The notes under the pieces are model-generated. The model was not told the origin of the DNA and made no database searches. It worked only from the letters and a program-made list of their open reading frames with translations. This document shows positions 35,601-39,305 of a stretch of 39,305 nucleotides of DNA, piece after piece (positions within the stretch are counted from its first letter, which is position 1; each line of letters begins with the position of its first letter). Source of the stretch: Chiloscyllium plagiosum. Taxonomy: Eukaryota. The position numbers and the translations under genes were made by a program. The stretch is taken from contig NW_025214123.1 in NCBI RefSeq assembly GCF_004010195.1, forward strand, positions 1-39,305, given 5' to 3'.

Positions 35601-38600
35601 ACTATAAATACTGTAGTGTAAATAGCTATCTGAGTTACCCTGTAAATGTTTTGATATTGACATGAGTGGTATACCTTACTGTAGTGTAAATAGCTATCTG
35701 AGTTACACTGTAAATATTTAGACGTTGACATGAGCGGTATACCTTACTGCAGTGGAAATAGCTATCCGACTTACCCCGTATATGTTTAGTTCTTGACATG
35801 AGCAGTATACCTTAATGAACTGTAAATAGCTATCTGAGTTGCAATGTAAATGTTTAGTTATTACATGCGTGGTGAACCTTACTGCTGTGTAAATCTCTAT
35901 CTGAGGAACACTTTAAATGTTTAGTTATTACATGAGCAGTATACCGTACTGTAGTGTAAATAGCTATCTAAGCTACCCTGTAAATGTTTAGATATTGACA
36001 TGAGTCGCATACTTTCCTGCAATGTACATAGCTCTTTGAGGTGCTCTGTAAATGTTTAGATATTACATGACTGGTATACCTTACTGTAGTGTAAATAGCT
36101 CTCTGAGTTGACCTCTAAATGTTTAGAAATTGACATGAGCAGTTTCTCTTGCAGTCGTGTACATAACTATCCGAGTTATCTTTTAAATGTTTAGATATTG
36201 AAATGAACGGTGTACATTACTGCAGTGTAAATTGCTACCTGAGTTTCTCTGTAAATGTTTAGAAATTGTCATGAGTGGTATACCTTTCTGAGTTGTAAAT
36301 AGCTCTCTGAGTTCCCCTGTAAATGTTTAGATTTTGACATGAGCTGTATACTTTACTGCAGTGTAAATAGCTCTCTGAGTTACTGTGTAAATGCTTAGTT
36401 ATTACATGAGTGATATACCGTCCTGCAGTGCAAATAGCAATCTGAATTACCCTGTAAATGTTTAGGCATTACATGAGCACTATACCTTACTGTAAAGTAA
36501 ATAGCTCTCTGAGATACACGATAAATGTTTACTTATTGACATGTGCGTTATACCTTACTGTAGTGTAATTCTCTATCTCAGTTACCCTGTAAATGCTTAG
36601 TTATTACATTAGTGGTATACCTTACTGTAGTGTAAATATCTGTCTGAGTTACCCTGTAAATGTTTAGTTATTGACATAAGCGTTATATCTTACTGAAGTG
36701 TAAATATTTATCGGAGTTACCCTGTAAATGTACAGTTATTTACATGAGTAGTATGCATTATTGTAGTGTAAATAGCTCTCTGAGTTATCCAGTAAATGTT
36801 TAGATGTTAACATGAGTGGTATACCTTACTGTAGTATAAATAGCTATCTGAGTTACTCTGTAAATAGTGAGATATTGACATGAGCGGTATACTTTACTGT
36901 AGTGTAAATAGCTCTCTGAATTACCCTGTAAGTGTTTAGATATTGACAAGAGCACTATATCTTACTGTAGTGTAAATATCTATCTGAGATGCCTTTTAAA
37001 TGTTTAGATATTGACATGAGCTGTGAACATTACTATAGTGTAAAGAGCTACCTGAGTTTCCCTGTAAATATTTCGTTATTGACATGTGCGTTATACCTTA
37101 CTGTAGTGTAAATATCTATCTCAGTTACCCTGAAAACTTTTAGATATTGACATTAACAGTATACTTTATTGTCGTGTAAATAGCTCTCTGAGTTACCCTG
37201 AAAATGTTTAGATATTGACATGAGTGGTATATCTTACTGTAGTGTAAATATCTCTCTGAGTTACCCTGTAAATATTTATTTATTGACATGAGCGGTATAC
37301 CTTACTTTAGTGTAAATATCTATCAGAGATATCCGGTGCATGTTAAGTTATTACATGAGCACTATACGTTACTGTTTTTTTTAAATTGCTCTCTGAGTTA
37401 CACTGAAAATGTTTCGTTATTGACATGAGCATTAAACCTTACTATAGTGTAATTATCTATCTGAGTTATCCTGTTAAAGTTTGAATATTGACATGAGTGG
37501 TATAACTTACTGTAGTGTAAATAGATCTCTGAGTTACCCTGTAAATGTTTAGATATTGACATGAGCAGTATAACATATTGTAGTTTAAATAGGTATCTGA
37601 GATACCCAGAATAAGTTTAGATATTGACATAAGCGGTATAACATTCTGTAGTGTAAATAGCACTCTGAGTTACCCTGTAAATGTTTAGTTAATACACGCG
37701 TGGTGTAACGTACTGCAGTGTAATTATCTATCAGAGTTACACTGTAAATGTTTAGATCTTTACATGAGCAGCATACCTTACTGTCGTGTAAATAGCTCTC
37801 TGAATTACCCTGTAAATGTTTAGATATTGATATGAGCGGTAAACCTTACTGTAGTGTAAATAGCTATCTGCGGTACTCTTTAAATGTTTAGTTATTACAT
37901 GAGCAGTATACCGTACTGTAGTGTCAATAGCTATCTATGTTACCCTGTAAATGTTTAGATATTGTCGTGAGTCGCATACTTTCCTGTAGTGTAAATAGCT
38001 CTATGAGGTATTATTTAAATGTTTAGTTATTACACCACCAGAATATCTTACTGTAGTGTAAATAGCTCTCTGAGTTGCCCTCTAAATGTTTAGATATTGA
38101 TATGAGCAGTATATCTTGCTGTAGTGTAAATAGCTATCTGAGTTACCTTTTAAATGTTTCGATATTGACATGAGCGGTGTACATTACTGTAGTCTAAATA
38201 GCTCTCTGGGTTACCCTGTAAATGTTTAGTTATTACATGAGTGGTATAACTTTCTGCAGTCTAATTAGCTATCTGAGTTACCCTGTAAATGTTTAGTTCT
38301 TCCATGAGCACTACACCTTACTGTAGTGTATCTAGCTCTCTGAGTTACCCTGTAAATGTTTAGTTATCGACATGAGCGGTATACCTTACTGTAGTGTAAA
38401 TATCTATCAGAGTTACCCTGTAAATGTTTAGTTATTGACATGTGTGTTACACCTTACTGTAGTGTAATTATCTATCTCAGTTACCCTGTAAATGTTTAGT
38501 TATTGGCATGAGTGGTATACCTTACTGTAGTGTAAATATTTATCTGAGTTACCATCTAAATGTACAGTTATTTTCATGAGTGTTATACATTACTGTAGTG

Positions 38601-38678
38601 TAAAAAGCTCTCTGAGTTATCCTGTAAACGTTTAGATGTTGACATGAGTGGTATAACTTACTGTAGTGTAAATTTCTA
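23642..38678. repeat. AT-rich 68-bp satellite DNA array, about 220 diverged copies
   Basis: Consensus approximately GTTACCCTGTAAATGTTTAGTTATTGACATGAGCGGTATACCTTACTGTAGTGTAAATAGCTCTCTGA (68 nt). Period checked at, for example, CTGTAAATAGCTCTC 26281 vs 26349. Copies carry several substitutions and 1-2 bp indels. Copy number is length divided by 68. Confidence 0.96.
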
Positions 38679-39215
38679 ATAGATACAAGAGCAGGCTATT
38701 CGGCCCTCAAACCTGAACTGTTATTTAATAAGAACATGGACGATCTACTTCAGGGCTCAACTCCACTTTCCTGCTAACCTTTGGTATCCTTCAAAACACT
38801 AATCTATCAAAACCCAATCCAGCAAGTCTGTAAATGCATTCAGTGAACCAGTCTCCACAACCTCTGGGTTAGGGAATTCCACACATTCACTCCCTTCTGA
38901 AAGAAGACATTTCTTTGCATCTCAGTTTTAAATCGATATCCCTTGTTCTGTATCTACAACCCTGAGTTTAACTCTTTGCCCTGCAATGGATCCACATTCT
39001 CGAAATCTACCTTGTCAAGCCCCCTCTGCATCATGTCCATTTCAGTAATATCATCCACATTCATTTCAACAACAATGAATAAATGCCTCACCATTTTAGA
39101 TGTACTCAATAATTCAACCCTTTCATTCCAGGATCCCGCCTCATGAACCAACCTAGTTACTAGCTGCATCAACATGCTGACGTTATGTTTCAGACACAAA
39201 GACAATCCCATCCCA
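38678..39215 (-). mobile_element. Decayed 3' portion of a CR1-clade LINE (ORF2 C-terminus + 3' UTR), with a probable internal deletion
   Basis: The minus strand from about 39148 reads FMRRDPGMKGLNY*VHLKW*GIYSLLLK*M and, after a frameshift, DDITEMDMMQRGLDKVD. This aligns to the CR1 ORF2 C-terminal motif FTRLIPGMKGLSYEERLSRLGLYSLEFRRMRGDLIETYKILRGLDRVD (recalled consensus). The 3' end GGGCCGAATAGCCTGCTCTTG resembles the chondrichthyan CR1 terminal GGGCCGAATGGCCTACTCCTG motif. In-frame stops and a frameshift mean it is inactive. The right-hand boundary is approximate. Confidence 0.85.
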
Positions 39216-39305
39216 TCGAGTCCTTCTTTTTGAACAGAAACAATAATTTCTGAGCGTTATTGGATATCTGCTTGAATGTCTGCCCAGGTATACCCACTGA
39301 CCTTC

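Noticed and set aside
24359..37663. Short ORFs (65-94 aa) inside the 68-bp satellite
   Set aside because: These are chance stop-free stretches across diverged monomers, and the peptides just cycle through frames of the repeat.
23642..38678. CRISPR array or tandem small-RNA gene cluster
   Set aside because: Whole monomers are homologous, with no unique spacers and no cas genes. I recognise no tRNA, 5S or snRNA sequence or Pol III box.
1130..38678. Immunoglobulin switch-region-like locus (G-skewed repeats, AGCT in many 68-bp monomers)
   Set aside because: There are no Ig exons in the window. The 147-bp unit has no AGCT, the satellite has only about one per monomer at most, and canonical switch regions are not known from cartilaginous fishes.
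38943..39211. ORFs 38943-39146 (+) and 38954-39211 (-) as genes
   Set aside because: The minus ORF is partly the decayed CR1 ORF2 frame joined across a frameshift, and the plus ORF is its antisense.

Overview
This is eukaryotic, repeat-dominated, non-coding DNA, most likely from a vertebrate. The CR1 LINE remnant resembles those I recall from cartilaginous fishes (sharks/rays). Layout: about 1.1 kb of unique flank, then a G-run tract (1130-1214), then a 22.3-kb apparently perfect tandem array of a 147-bp unit (151 full copies plus a partial; each unit is 7 GAAT-(GT)n-(GA)n submonomers). Next come about 150 bp of unamplified submonomers, then a 15-kb diverged AT-rich 68-bp satellite (about 220 copies) with irregular block duplications, and finally the decayed 3' end of a CR1 LINE on the minus strand. 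No credible protein-coding gene, RNA gene or CRISPR array is visible. The three 7,400-7,500-aa ORFs are by-products of the stop-free 147-bp repeat. The most notable signal is the mutation-free, strongly G-skewed 147-bp array starting at a G-quadruplex-like tract and directly abutting an older satellite. It could be a very recent expansion or an assembly/consensus artefact. I found no convincing new gene system.
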